64,000 nt of DNA from the human T2T-CHM13v2.0 reference genome, Homo sapiens. The stretch lies in the NCBI RefSeq assembly GCF_009914755.1, contig NC_060934.1; one strand, given 5' to 3'. Each line of letters opens with the position of its first letter. Position 1 is the first letter of the stretch. The notes under the pieces are model-generated. The model saw only the letters and a program-made list of their open reading frames with translations. It had not been told where the DNA came from and made no database searches. Shown piece after piece: positions 28,661 to 45,060 of the stretch. Both the position numbers and the translations under genes were made by a program.

Positions 28661-31564
28661 AACACAGGAGGCAAGAAAGAATGTTAAAAGGAATTAGCAT
28701 TCTATATTTTCTTGTCCTCTTTTTCCATAGGGAAGACTGACCATACTGTACATATTCGAAAACTGTGATTTAAACATATGCATGGACACTCACATGCACA
28801 CATACACACAATCTTTAAAAACAATGTTATTATTTTAAGAACTCATTTAGAAAATAATATCTTGAGGTAAAGAAAATGTTTCTAAATTTCAATATATAAT
28901 AGTTTTATTTTTCATGTTCTATAACACTAAAGTAAATTAATTTCTCTATCTAGTTCTATTTTATGATTTTTTTCTCATTTCCCTTTCTACTTTATTTGTA
29001 TCTGCAGAGAGAGATGAGATAAACATTGTGAAGTAATAACCATGTTCTTTATATAAATAATTTGAAATAAGAAATTCAAACTAACACATAAAGAACAAAT
29101 GGCAGTAGATTCCTTGATTATATTTATTAGCAATCCAATTATTACAAGATAAATATTTTCTCATACTATTAAACCTACATTTAAATATTATTTATCTTGT
29201 ATATGAAAAATGTGTAATATATTTAAGAATATTTTACTTTACTGTTTAACCCTAACCCCATGTCTATCATCCTATAGCAGCCAATATGACTAAAGGCATT
29301 TCTATTTTACATATCAGCTATTTAAAGTAAAACATGTATTCTCACCATCTTAACCAAAACAGAAAGGCAAAAATGCAAGTAGTCACTTTCAATATATAAT
29401 GAAAATCTAGCTAAATTACTTATCAAGAGCAGTGAGAAAAGTTGTAGTGACAAAAACAATGCATCTACATCCTTTAAGGAAATTTCCATCTAGTTTTGGA
29501 GCTAGAACTAATGTATGAATCATATAGGGAATCATCATTAATCTGAAGGGTTCTTACTCCAAATACAACTGAAATTGCATTGGTTAAGTGTTTAATACCC
29601 TACTTCCAAAATCAACAGGAAAAATAGAAATCTCCTGATATTTTCTGAAAGCAATCACATTGCAATCTTGTGAAATGTCCTGCATTTTTTTTTCTTGGAG
29701 TGTTCCTGAATTATAAATGTTTAAGAATGGCAGCAGGCAAATCTATTCTAAATAGGACAGCAAGGGGGAATATTGGTTACTGTTCATTTGATCCTGGTGT
29801 CTTGGTTAAATAAAACTATTTTGTCTAATAACTTGCCATCTTCTTATTCAAGAATATAAATACATTGGGATTAATTTTGTGGTGCCCCAATATAATTTTG
29901 CTTGAATTGGGATTTAGAAATAAACTTTTTTAGAAAACCAGATTTTATCATTTTTCTTTTTTTAACTTATAAACAAGTTCTGCATAGAAACTGAGCAGAT
30001 AGTGAGCACTCATTGCTTGGGCCCTAAATAGAATACAAATACATAAATCATCATTCTTATATGAGACTGTCTCATTTAACTGAACATTTTTTACTAGCAT
30101 ACCCAAAATAATATTACACAGTGTATTACTATTCATGATTTCATTTGGTCTTCACTCTACCATAAGGCTTATTCAGATACAAGGCGGGAAGAGTTAGCAC
30201 AGCCAGTGTGGTGAGCAAGCCGTTCTTGAGTATTTAAGATTTTAGCTAGGTCTTAACAAATGGTAAGATTCTTAGACATGAAGATGAGACTCTAGGAAAT
30301 TCAGAGTGAAGGAAACCATGTTTATAACCCTCTGAAGGAAGAATAGGCATGCTGACCTTGTAGGGTGGTGACAACAGGAGCTCAACAAATTATATTGCAA
30401 ATATAAGGAGTAGACTACTTGGAGAGGGCCTTGAAAACAGAATTCTGACATCATGAAATAGAAACTATTACATAAAATATTTTGGCAGGATATGACAACT
30501 AAAAATGGTGCTTAAGAAAAATTGATAATGAAGTGGTATTGGAGAGGAGATGAAGTATACAGCATATAGTGAGATCATTGCAGTAACACGATATTATGTA
30601 AAAGAAAGATTTAGTGATACATATTTTGCTGCAATAAATGTATTCATAAATTTGGAGTAAAAGCAAGAGACATTATTTATGTATTGAGGCATGTTTTTAG
30701 TCTTGTCAAATTATTCCACTCTGTCATAAAATAATTCAAAATACATTAGTGTTAATGGTTGTTGTTTTGACCCAAACAAGTCAAAGGGATATATATTTTT
30801 TTTAAATTAAAAGTCACTCAAAGTCATGTCTATCAGTGAATTTATGCACAGGCACTAACTGGATAAGAAAATGTAGTGCTGGATCAAAGCAGTGACAGAG
30901 AAGAGGCCGCCTATTTTTTGACATAATTGTACAAACCCATGCTATGATCTACCTTCCAGTCTTTCAATATAAATTTATTTAATACATTTTGATCTTTTAA
31001 GACTCCTGGAAGCCATATTTAATTTACATGAAAATTAAATGTGTGGTTGGTCTATATGTGTAAGCTAAAAATAATTTTACTTGTGTGTGTGTGTATGTGT
31101 TGCATGTCAGCCCTTGACATTCTGTTTGTCTTGTCTATATTCTGGTTTGAGAACTCATTCATTTTCATGACTTTGTTCATTACCTCTTTGCTGGTAATCT
31201 AAAATACCATATGTGTTGCTCCTAAGGAATGTTTTTAGAACCTTTGTTTTCTTTTTGTTTGTTTGTTTTTAGAACTTATTTTTTTGGTGAGAGGGAAGTA
31301 GATTTTTTTTCTACGTGGAATATTGCATGGAAGCCAATAAATTTCCATAACCCTCCTCTCAATTCCTACTGTTTCTTTACTATAACCTTATTTTCAAATT
31401 TCCACAAGATTTTTGTCTTGGAATCATCTGTCCTTTTTTTATAGGTGAGATGCAGGATTATATCTGGATGCACTCACCTGACTAATTTCTCTGTTCTCTC
31501 ATTGATTCTCTTAAGAGTATCCTCTGTCTACATAAAAAAACAGGAAAAACAAAATAAAACAAAA

Positions 31565-31887
<323 letters not shown>

Positions 31888-34800
31888 TTAAAAGAAGAAA
31901 AAAACACTCATAGAAACCTCTTACGTGAGTGCAGGTAAAGACTATCTGGATACTTGCTTACATAGCCAGTTGCTCTGGCAATGTGAAGGGGAGCAGAAAA
32001 GAAGAGGGATATGAGAGGGTATTTGAATGGGTTAAAAACTACAGACAAGATACATCAAAGATTGAACGGTAAAAAGCATTTGATATAAAGACCAGAAATA
32101 ATAAAAGAGATCCAGAATATAGATCCTCCAATAACAAATTGCTTGTGGACAGCCACTATCCATCAGCTAAGATATTTAAAAGTCCCTCTGATCAGACATC
32201 TTGGAACTTCAACACCTGTATAGTGATGGAGATATGAAAGGACATTTTTGATGTCTCAACAAGGTGATAATGTCCCGATGCAGGTGACAATCTCCTCATA
32301 AACAAGAACAACTATGGTAATACTACCACCGTTGCAGAGTTACTAGAAATACTGCACCATAGTCTTTCAGATGTCTTTAGTTTTCACCTAACCAGTTTTT
32401 AAGTTTACAAATCTATTCTGTGTATGCAGTTATGTCACAAAAGTAAACATAACTTTCAATTTGTTTCTCTTCTTTGAACAATTGGCAATAACCTCCTAGT
32501 ATTAGAAAACCTAACACATATGATAACTTTCAAGGTTTTCAACACTGTGACTCCACTTATTTTCAGTATTTCACAAAATGAGTTAGTTCATTTTAGCCTA
32601 GCAATTTCCCTAAAAAACCTACTACCTCCATATTAATTTAACATATTATGTCAATTCATAGGAAATCAGAGGTATTGACATACCTCTACATTCTCTAGAC
32701 TCAAAGCCAATGTAAAAGGTTCGGTTCCCATGAGATCTGCAGTCAAATAAACTATAATTACCTTATACAATTTAGAACTTAATTATGTACTATATGTTTA
32801 TTGCTCACTGTTTTTATATACATAAGTCTACACTAGATCCTTCCAATTCCCATTAAAAAATTCCTAGTATAAGTTCTCCAACATTTTATTTTATCACTAA
32901 ACAAATGCTTATTGAAGGCTTGCCATGTGTTAGGTGTTATTCAATGTGCTAGAAACATAGGGAATGAGCAAATCACAATCCCCACCCTCAATGGACTCAT
33001 CCTCCAGTGATAACATTAGATACCCATTCCTTCCCCAACCTTATCAGTGTCTAGCTGTTGAATATTGCTGAAGAAGTTCACAAAATATTATATGTTTCAT
33101 CACTGGGCTTACCTGACCCGTATCTAAGCCTGCAAACCATACTCATTCTGTAAACACATCTCAAGTGATACATTTTTACAAAATCTCTTCTGGCATTTCT
33201 CTATTAGATGCAATACCATGCTGCTCTAAAAACACCAAATATTGTCTTACTAAACTCTCTGATAAAATTATTACTTGTATATTTAATTTTATCCCTTCTC
33301 CATTTTGACTGTATTTCAAAGTGTTCATGTCATACTGATCTTTACATTTCCTTTGTACCCAAGCCTCATGTCTTATAGAACGTAGATGACTCAATATACG
33401 TTTTACCATTGATTTTGTTCTTTATTCATTTTATCCAATAAACATTTTCTTAGGTCTGTGTCAGATGTTGTGGAAAAATTTACACTTCCTTGATGTCAGT
33501 GTTAAAATAATCTATAATTGAAAATCAAATAACTTATACACATCCTAAGTACTATAATAAAGCGTGAAAAATATAGGGAGGAGAAGTCTTTATTCAGAAG
33601 TCAATCTGTTTCACAAGATCTTTGTGGGTACACAATCATGACATACCTTTTTATTTACTTCAAATGTTTCATATGTTATTCTTGTTCACATGTTCAAATT
33701 GTTTTTTGAATTTACTAAAGATAACTGTTTTGCCATTTGGGTTAAAGTTGGCCAATATAGTTTGACCAATACTATCTACTTCTTTAATTCTTTAAGAGAA
33801 CAAAATTCTGCCAATGTGGCACATACAAATGAAAGATAAAATTAATGCATGTTCTTATAAAGAACAGCTCATGATAGAGCATTTTCACAAAAAAGTAATG
33901 CCAGTAATGTCAATTGGTGATGGAGAAAAATTCAGAGATACTGGAGATAATTTTCCGCTATCATCCTGAAGCACCATGACTCTCACCACAAAATTAATGT
34001 CCTTTTTCCCCGACTTTTCACTTGGAAAAAAAAGGTAGAAATATACAGTATAGCTGTAAAATAATTGTTCTCCAGTAGGACTCATCAAAACATGTGTGAA
34101 ACTTTCCCAGACATGCAAGTTTTATTGCATTAAATGGTATATATTAACTTTAGTGAAATTCTTGTTGACAAATTCTGCCAGCCTCTGTTTACTCCCTCTC
34201 TATGTACTATGTACTAAGCATACAGAGGGATTTGCTCATTGTAGCTGCCTCAAATTAAGCAAAACAGATTTTTATTGTGCTCAATTACAAATCGTCGTTT
34301 TCACTTCTGCCTTAAGAAGGCTTGCAAAATACAGTCTGGCCTTCTTGGAAGGAAATACCTGCTTGTGAGGAAAATTGTATCTAGCAGCCCAAAAGAGGAG
34401 CTTCGAAGCTCCTCAGGCATATGAAAAACGAAAGAAATCTCACAGATATTTCACAAATCCCATGTGGTGATATCTGAATGGTGTGTACTATTGTTTTAAA
34501 TATAGATTAAAAAGGTAATAAAAATCTCTTTTAACTGGCCTGTAAGGCTTTGGGTAATGAAAATTTCAACTTCATTATACATTTTGTAGAAACTGACATT
34601 GGGCCTGATCTAAAGGAGGGACTCAACCCTAATTTTGGCAAGCACATAATTAAAAATAAGGTTATGAAAAGGCAGAGAATAATTTACATTAAATGATACA
34701 GATCTGAGAAAATTTCCAGACTGCTGACTGCATTGGAGTTGCAAGCTCAGCAACATTTCATAATAAGTAGCTCCCACAGCACATAAACTGAATCACTTGA

Positions 34801-36273
34801 CAAAAGGCAGATGAGGAATTTGAAACCACTTTGGATTTGACATTTTTGTTGAAATTTAATTGAAAAAGTTATAGAAGTGAAGATAATGTGAGGAAGCAGT
34901 GCATAAATTATGGCATCTCTTTCACACAGTTTTATCACATGGCCTCATCACCTTCCTAAAAAATCATATCACTGATTTCCCAGACTCTTATATGACTAGA
35001 GTAATATAGATCACATCTCAATACATTATTAATTTAAAGTAATGAGTTTGAAAGCAAAAAGAAATGACTCTTTTAAAATTACATATTCATCTATATTCAA
35101 TGTTGTTCTTGTTAGTAAAAACATGACAGCTTGCAGCATTTTTTTAATCTCGATTACATTCTAGACAGTCTCATGCTTCAGTTGAATATCTAAGATTAAT
35201 TGAAATTGTTTAGAAAATTACATGAAGGAACAAAATGTTATCTGATAAATATTCATCAAAAGTGTCAAGTTCTATTGTATTTAAACTTGAATAAGCTAGT
35301 CCATTATTAGTATGGTTGAAATACTTAATACTATTTAATTCTTGGTACATAGCAAAGATTCACTCATATATAGTAAGAGAAACAGACATAAATACAAAAA
35401 CAATTGGTTGCTAATGGTAATTAAAATTCTCTTTTTAAAGTATTATAAGTAGAACAAAACATATCCATTACATTGATTATTACTAATAAAATTATGTAAA
35501 AACTTTGTAACTGTTGCTTAAATGTAAAGACTTCAATTCATTTGAATTAACCAGATCAGATTGCATCTTAAACTTATATATTATCCTCTGCATTTGAGAT
35601 ATTTTCTTATAAAAGTAACTTCTACTTTTGAAGAACTCATAGCTAACTGGAAAGAGGAAAAATAAGCAACAAATAAAGTGTAGTCAGGAAAAAGTAGGAA
35701 TAAAGAGGGGGAAGTGACAAGCACTAAGGTTTGGAGAGATGCAAGGGTACTTTAAGAGGTTTGAGTAGGAAAGTATTTATGGAGAATGGAGAATGAGTTG
35801 GGGAAGTTGATTGTAGGTCACATTTTTAGCATACAATTCCCCTACTTTCCAAAAAAATAAATGTTTTCCTTCTCATTTTTTAATGGAATGTCTTCTGAAC
35901 CTACTTTTTTTCAGTTTTAGAATCTGAAGTTCCATATTGAGGCTTCATCATAATTTCAGTTATCAGAGAAATCTAGCAGGAAATTTATTTTCTTTGAATA
36001 TTGGAAATAAAAATGTGGACACATTTTAATCAGTAAGTAAGTGTGTTGATTGTGTTACTAAGTTGAAAAGTGGCAATCAATAGCCAAACCTTCATCTTAC
36101 AAGCAATGGCTTATCAGTACTATGCAGGGTTACTATTTAAATAAGCGTATTTTACACATTAGCCGAAGAAAGATACCATAAAGCAACAGGTGCTCATCAA
36201 TACTGGCACTTTGAATGCTCTGATACTTCTTATATGTTTAAGAAAAAAGGAGGAGAATCATGAAAAAAGTCAC

Positions 36274-36527
36274 TTTTCTAAAAGAGAGTTACTGAAAACT
36301 ATAAGATAAAGGCATAAACATATGGTCCAATGCTTTAAACTTTCAACCTGACTTCTGTTCAATAGAAATAATTATATAAGTCCAGTAAATACTTTAAGAA
36401 AAAACAACATTTTCTAAAGGAGAGTCGCTGAAAGCTATAAGATAAAGGACTAAACATATGGTCCAATGCATTAAACTTTCAACCTGAGTTTTGTTCAATA
36501 GAAAAAACTATCCAAGGCCAGTAAATA
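36274..36527. repeat. Tandem duplication, 136-bp period
   Basis: 36274-36391 vs 36410-36527; about 14 mismatches in 118 bp by hand count. Confidence 0.95.
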
Positions 36528-38450
36528 AGAAAGAACAGCACAAAAAAATAGATATGGTTGATAGATAAAATAATTAATAAACCAAATAACACTTTATAGA
36601 AAATGTTATGCCTCTCATAGCATTAATTGTTTTTAAAAAGTTACACAATATCATAACTGAGAAAAATAACATATCTTAATTGCATCTTGTGAACTCTCAG
36701 TCAAGTGGTGTGGCATGGCCATTTTTAACCCAAATCTGTACTTTTCCTAATTTTATAGATTTAAAACACATATTCTAAGCCATTTTTACAAAGAGTTTTA
36801 ATTTTAAATCAGTGGATATTTATCATTTGTTTTTATTAATATATTTTTATTTCAATGTAACTGCCTCTAAACCTAGAAATGATATTTATTTTACCTTTCA
36901 GCATTTGTATTATTTCAGTTTTTGGCACAGCTTAATTTTTATTCATTTCAGCACAGAAATATTCCTTTTATGTGTAAGGTAAAAAGCAAGATCTTAGAGG
37001 TTATAAATAGAAGTTTTCATGCTTTTGTGCTATTTTCATTCATTGTGAGTCTGTCTTGTTATTCAATAGCTTATTTAACAAATAACTGTGAACACCTGCT
37101 ACATGCTAAGTCATGCTGCTCTAATTGCTGAAAAACAGCCTAAGACAGAGAGACCATTGCTGCACTCACCCACTCAAATTTCCTCATTCTTAGAGTGACT
37201 TTCCAGGGTGAGTACAAATGATCAGAATAAATATTCAAATGAAACTCTTAGTCTTGTGGTCACAAAGTCTTAAATTTTTGATGTTGTTTATATCTTCAAA
37301 GGACCCAAGCTGTTGTTCAGCTTGTGAATTGCAAAATAAGTTCTAATATAGCACTAAAAATAATGGCTTTTATACGCAATAGGGGCATTAGGTTATTGGG
37401 CCTATTTGTGTATGTCACTTTCTTGAACACAGCATGCAACGAACACTTCAGTCATACAGACTGTATCTTCAGACAACATGAAAGCTCAAATATTTCCTTC
37501 TCGGAAATGCAGTGAGGAAACTGACTGTTGAGCTACATCTCTTTTTCAGAAAAAAAAGGAACATCTTAGTTTTTCATGATTATGGGGGCTGCATTCATGA
37601 AAAAAAAATAAGGATTATGGTAACTCCTCTTATAATTTAATAGTCTCACGGAGAAAAGTGCAGGGCTGAGAAAAACATGAATAGAGAACTCTTTCATTCT
37701 TTCATATGTTAATTTATTGAACATATAACTAAGTATTAGCAGCTATGTGGCAGGTCATACTATAGGTAATAACATATTGACCAAAACAAACAGACGTGGT
37801 GACTGTACAGGTTAGTTAACTTATAAAACAGTGTTTTCATAATTTAAAAATCTATTTGTAATAAATTTTCCTAAACTTACTTAAAAATATTGAATAAAGA
37901 AAATATTAATGACATTCTTGTTTCTTAAATAATAATATGAGTTGTATAACTATTTTGCATCCAGCAGAAGATCTGCTGACATGCTTACATTCCTGGCAAT
38001 TTTGCAAAATTCAGGTAAGACTATTTTGCACTGAAACAGAGTTTTAAAAACTCTATCACTCCCTTTGATTTTTAATTGGAAATTTCAATGGCCTTTTGAA
38101 TGTATATTTTGCAATTGTTGATCTATTTTCCAACATAGTTACAAATATGTTTACCTGGAAGTATGGGAAACAAAATATTTAGATAGATTTTATGTAGTCT
38201 ATTCAGTTTGGTACAATTGAAGGGGAACATTATGTCCATTTGAAAATATTTATCAACAATTATTCTCCAATGCATGGATGTATTGTTTAACCCATATAGA
38301 AAAAAATATAACAGTTTTTCCTGAGCTTTCAGGGTTAGAAGTCCTGGGTTTGATTCTCAGTTTAGCCACTTGCAAGCTATGAGATTTTGGCCAACTTTAT
38401 TAAACATTATGGGTTAGTAACCTTAATGACACTAATAATTGTATCTAATT

Positions 38451-38730
38451 AGATGTTTTAATATAATAACAAAGTACCTTGTACATTAAATGTCCAATAT
38501 ATTTCAGTAATCACTATTAACATTCTCTATGATAAATTTAGGTAAAAGTGCATCAAAACAAAACAAAACACTGTCCTATGAGCTTGTGTCCTATGAGATG
38601 TTTTAATATAATAACAAAGTACCTTGTATATAAAATGTCCAATACAGTTCAGTAATTATTATTAACATTCTTTGTGATACATTTAGCTAAAAGTGCATCA
38701 AAAGAAAGCAAAACGCTGTCCTATGAGCTT
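38451..38730. repeat. Tandem duplication, 2 x 135 bp with 10-bp junction insert
   Basis: 38451-38585 vs 38596-38730; about 13 mismatches by hand count. Confidence 0.95.
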
Positions 38731-40190
38731 TATTTCCCTGTATTTATTCCAAAGCTGTATTGGCATATCCTCTACATTGAGGATATATCCTCTACTTCAT
38801 GGTTTATTTTTCTCCTTAAAATCCCTTCTTATCTCTTTTATATATTGCCAAAAGGAATAACTGGCAGTTCCTGCGTAGGCAGTCTGAAAATCCTACAGTA
38901 CCCAAAGTTAATTCAAGTTTGCAAGGACTTTTCATATTGCAAATTCATGATGAAAATTCAAGAACTTCTCATACTGCAAATTTCTTCAACTTACCATGAT
39001 AATAATTAATATTTGTAGTACTGTCAACATTTAATGCAGTGATTATCAGTAATGTTTCTAATAGTATGAAGTGCTTTTCCATAATTTTGCTTCATAATTT
39101 TCACTTTAAGAAAGGTTACATCACTAGAATTTCATGCCATGTAACTACTGCTAATTGTGTACAATATCCCATATACTTATGGTGATCATACATCTTACTT
39201 TGCTTGAAATCATCTGGATTTACACCTTTTTCTTTGGTATAGTCTCAATTCCCAGCACTGTGATTGAGGGTCACCTTTCATATATTAAATAATGCAATTA
39301 TTATAATGATATATTAAAAATGCAAACAGAACTATTTAAGAAATAACCAACTTCCTTACAGCTCAACTGCATTATGAGGCAAGTAATATCAAGTGGAAAT
39401 GTTATAGCATACAGAAATAGGTATAGTCTCTAATGTAGAAGCATTTAAAGTCAGATAATTAGATTCATGAAACTTTTGTTATGACTGCATTAATGTATTT
39501 TAATATAGTAAACAGTAGCAATACCATTCTTCATTTCTATTAGTTTGTTTTAAAATATTTATTGTTTAAATAATTTAATCCATTTATTTGTACCAGGTAT
39601 AAAATGATACAAAAAAGTATAAATTAAAAGTAAATCTTTCTTATTCCCGAATTCCAGTTATCCTATTTTTCTCTCCTGTCCTAAGCACTTCTTACCAGTT
39701 TCTACTCCTTTCATTTCAAGTTTGAGACTATTGTCTGACTTTCATTTTAACTGGAAATAAAATCATAGATGTTTATAGCATACAGAAACCGTAACAATCA
39801 CTGACCACAACCCTCATCATCTGCCAAAGAGCATAGTCATAAAAATGTTAAATGATTTGCCCAAAGTCAGATAGTGACAGAGCTCAGAATTTTCCTGGAA
39901 GTGTATTCAATTGTTTCTCACACTTGATTGTGATCATTTGTTAGTAATAAGAGAAATTTAAGCATATGAACACACAGCCAGAATACTTGGGCTCCAGTGC
40001 TCATTTGGTTTCTCATTATGTTTCTGGCCTTGGGAAAATAGACTATTGCCTCACTCAGCCTGCTTCAGAGATGTATATATACCCATAGATAGGGTGGATC
40101 AAATGAAAAAATAAATGTGAGGATACTGTAAAAGATAAGAATTTGTAAAAAATAAAAATGTCACAAAGTCACAGTAAAAATAGGCAGTGA

Positions 40191-40512
<322 letters not shown>

Positions 40513-40520
40513 AAGAATCA

Positions 40521-40860
<340 letters not shown>

Positions 40861-41739
40861 ATAAGCATATGAAAGTACATTAACAAAATATCCTAAGGTC
40901 AAGTCTTTAGTGGCTCATCACAAATGATATTTGGACTATTTAATTATAGCAATTTAATAAATCTGTCGTCAAAATCAAAAGTGACTATGGATACATAAAC
41001 CTTAATAGAAAGAGCATCACAGTAAACTCAGGCTGACATAGAATGAAATTTGACATGCAGGAGCAAAGACTGAAATTGAACATTTCAGGGAAGGACTGTC
41101 TATAAATGTTGACATTGTTTAAATGTAAGCAACCACGTTGGTGAGAGACAAGGAACCTCATCTCTAAACGTACATGACAAGAACCTAGCATTCAAATAGC
41201 ATTCACAAAAGGACATCATAATCCTATTATATGTGGCTGACAAATTTCAAACCTTCCAAAGTCTATAACCTACAAGATTAAAAAAATCTTTCAACATGAT
41301 TTTTTTATTCAAGACCTCACATTTGACTGTCAGCCTAATTGGAAACTACTATAGAAGTTCATATGATAGATATCTTAGCACAAAGTAGTGCTCTGAAGGT
41401 CTAGAAGGGGTTCAAGTCTCAATTTCACAGCATTTCATTTCCAATTCCACTTGTATAAAAGCATGCTAACCCAGCACCGACAGAAGCAGAGCTACATCAA
41501 GACGGTACATGAGTAGGATTCAAATAAACCCTCTGACAGGAGAAATCACTCTCTTGTTCAAAGTATTTGTGGAAAATATTTGACTTCAACATTAACATAA
41601 GGGACAAAAGTGTCTTTATTAAGAGAAGAGAAATGCTGCAATCACATGCATGTATATTCACAGAAACTTTGTTGAATATACTATAAATGCTGGGATCTAA
41701 CATGGTGAGGCAATAAACTTGATCTCATTGGCTTTGTAT

Positions 41740-41940
41740 TGTTTGAATTTGAATTCTGGCTGACTTATTTGCTTTTTGATTATTTGACACATTCTTGGTT
41801 ACTCTGAGCCTCAGTTTCTTTATGTGCAAGTACAGGTCATAATGGTACAAGCACCTCACAGAGTTGATGACAGCTAACTAAGAAAACACATGGAAAGTGT
41901 CCAGCACACTGTTAGTGTTCAGAACATGTTAACTATTATC
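41740..41940 (+). mobile_element. MIR SINE
   Basis: ctctgagcctcagtttc core, acctcacagagttgatg. Confidence 0.75.
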
Positions 41941-42100
41941 ATGAAGATGTTCAACAATTTCAAATAAGTGAAATAATCATTGCTTCTCTTCAAAAGGCAT
42001 TAGTTTCTTAATTTACCTAGATGTATTTTATTCCCTTAATGGCCATTAGAGAAAAGCGAAGAAAACTAAAAACCATGAGCAGTGAAGGGAATAAGAAGTC

Positions 42101-43380
42101 TATTTTTAACTTTCATTTTAAAGTCAAAGCTACATGTGCAGGTTTGTTATATAGGTAAGCTTGTGTTATGGGGGTTTGTTGTACAGATTATTTCATTACC
42201 AGGTATTAAGCCTAGTACTCACTAGTTATTTTCCCTGATCCTTTTCTTCTGTTGGAAGGTTTATTTAAATCCTACTCATGTACTGTTTTGATGTACCTTC
42301 CACCCTCCACCCTCCAATAGACCCCGTGTCTTTTGTTCCCCTCTGTGTGTCTATGTGTTTTCATCATTTAGCTCTCACTTACAAGTGAGAATAGGTGGCA
42401 TTTAGTTTTCTGTTCCTGCATGAGTTTGCTAAAGATAATGGCTTTCAGCTCCATCCATGTGCCTGAAAAGGACATGATCTCATTCATTTTTATGGCTGCA
42501 TAGTACTCCATAGTGTATATGTACCATATTTTCTTTTTTGAATCTACTGTTGATGGGCATTTAGTTTGATTCCATGTCTTTGCTATTGTGAATAGTGCTG
42601 CAATGAAAATACATTTTCATGTTTCTTTATGACTGGATGATTTATATTTCTTTGGATATATACCCAGAAATGGGATTACTGGGTCAAATAGCTTTTCTAT
42701 TTTATAGGTCTTTGAGGAATCTCCACACTATTTTCTGCAACAGTTGAACTAATTTACACTCCCACCAACAGTATAAGCATTTCTTTTTCTCTGGCAGCAT
42801 TTGTTATTTTTTGACTTTGTAATAGCCATTCTGACTGGTGTTAGATGGCATCTCATTGTGGTTTGATTTGCATTTCTCTAGTGATCAGTGATGTTGAGCT
42901 TATTTTCCCTATGCTTGTTGGCCACATATATGGTTTCTTTTGAAAAGTGTCTGTTCATATCATTTGCCCAATATTTAATAGGGGTTATCTGTTTTCTTCT
43001 TGTAATTTGTTTAAGTTCCTTATAGATGCTTGATATTACACCTTTGCTGGATGCATAGTTTGCAAAGCTTTTCCCCATTCTGTAGGTTGTCTGTTTATGT
43101 TGTTGAGAGATTCTTTTGCTTTGCAGAAGCTGTTAAGTTTAATTACATCCCATTTGTCAATTTTTGCTTTTTCTGCAATTGCTTTGACGTCTTCATCATG
43201 AAGTCTTTGCCCATTCCTATGTCCAGAATTGTATTGTTTAAGTTGTCTTCCGCAGTTTTATAGGTTTGGGTTTAACGTTTCAGTCTTTAATCCATCTTGT
43301 TAATTTTTGTATATGGTGTACGAAAGGGATCCAGTCTCAATCTTTTGCATATGGCTAGCCTGTTATCCAAGCAACATTTA
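42101..43380 (-). mobile_element. Older L1PA (roughly PA10-PA15) 3' 1.3 kb
   Basis: tacatgtgcaggtttgttatataggtaa...gtacagattatttcat; ORF2 C-terminal remnant (ORF 42878-43078); degenerate TSD gaataagaagtct / gaaaaataagtct. Confidence 0.92.
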
Positions 43381-43498
43381 GAAAAATAAGTCTTTTAATG
43401 ATTGATTAGCTCGTTAATTGGAGATGCATGTAAGAAGTAGTAACTCAGATACTCAACAAATGAGTACCTGCAGAAGAAACAAACCCTGAATGATATTA

Positions 43499-43965
<467 letters not shown>

Positions 43966-44703
43966 AAAGGAGGGTGGCTCAGAAATAAAATATAGACTGG
44001 CAAATATATGTTTTGTTTTGATAATGTTCAATCTAAAGAAAACCATTTCTAACTTAAAGATAAGGAAAATAGTATAACTTGAAGATGTACCTTTCATTCA
44101 TACTCAAATATATTAATCAGCGCCCTTTTACATTTCTTCCCATCTCCATTGTCACAACGCTAACCCAATGTACCACCTTGCAAAACCCTCCTAAATGCTT
44201 CTACTTTAGTTGGCTTACCATCTAAATTCCGCATACGGGTCAAAGCATTCACTTAGCAATTTAAATCTCATGATGTGATTCCCCTGCTTAAAGACCCTCT
44301 ATTAACTTTCCACTGTAATCAGAAAAGAGAAAAATAAATGAACAACAACACCACCATTAAACATTAAAGCCAATTAATATTAAAGTCTCATAGGTATCAA
44401 TCCTTTCCCATTTGTCTGATTTCATCTCAAAATACTCTCTCGCTCTAGTTTATTATACTCCATCATGATCATTATAGTCCAGCCAAACAAGTCTTTTTAT
44501 TCTTCAGAATACCTTGTAAGTTTTTGTACCTTTTATTAAAATCCTATTTTAATGAAAATCTGCTTCTCAAAATTTTCATTGAGTTACCATTAACTTGCAA
44601 TTTAAGTAGGTGCTCCTCATAGAAATTCTTGACTTCAAAATCTAAGTTTCCATTCTCTCTCTCTACCTCAATAAGACTCTGTTTGCTTCTTCATTGTTTT
44701 TAA

Positions 44704-45060
<357 letters not shown>

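Noticed and set aside
33885-34118. Possible coding exon (…LQDDSGKLSPVSLNFSPSP…)
   Set aside because: No recognisable protein family and no supporting neighbouring exons.
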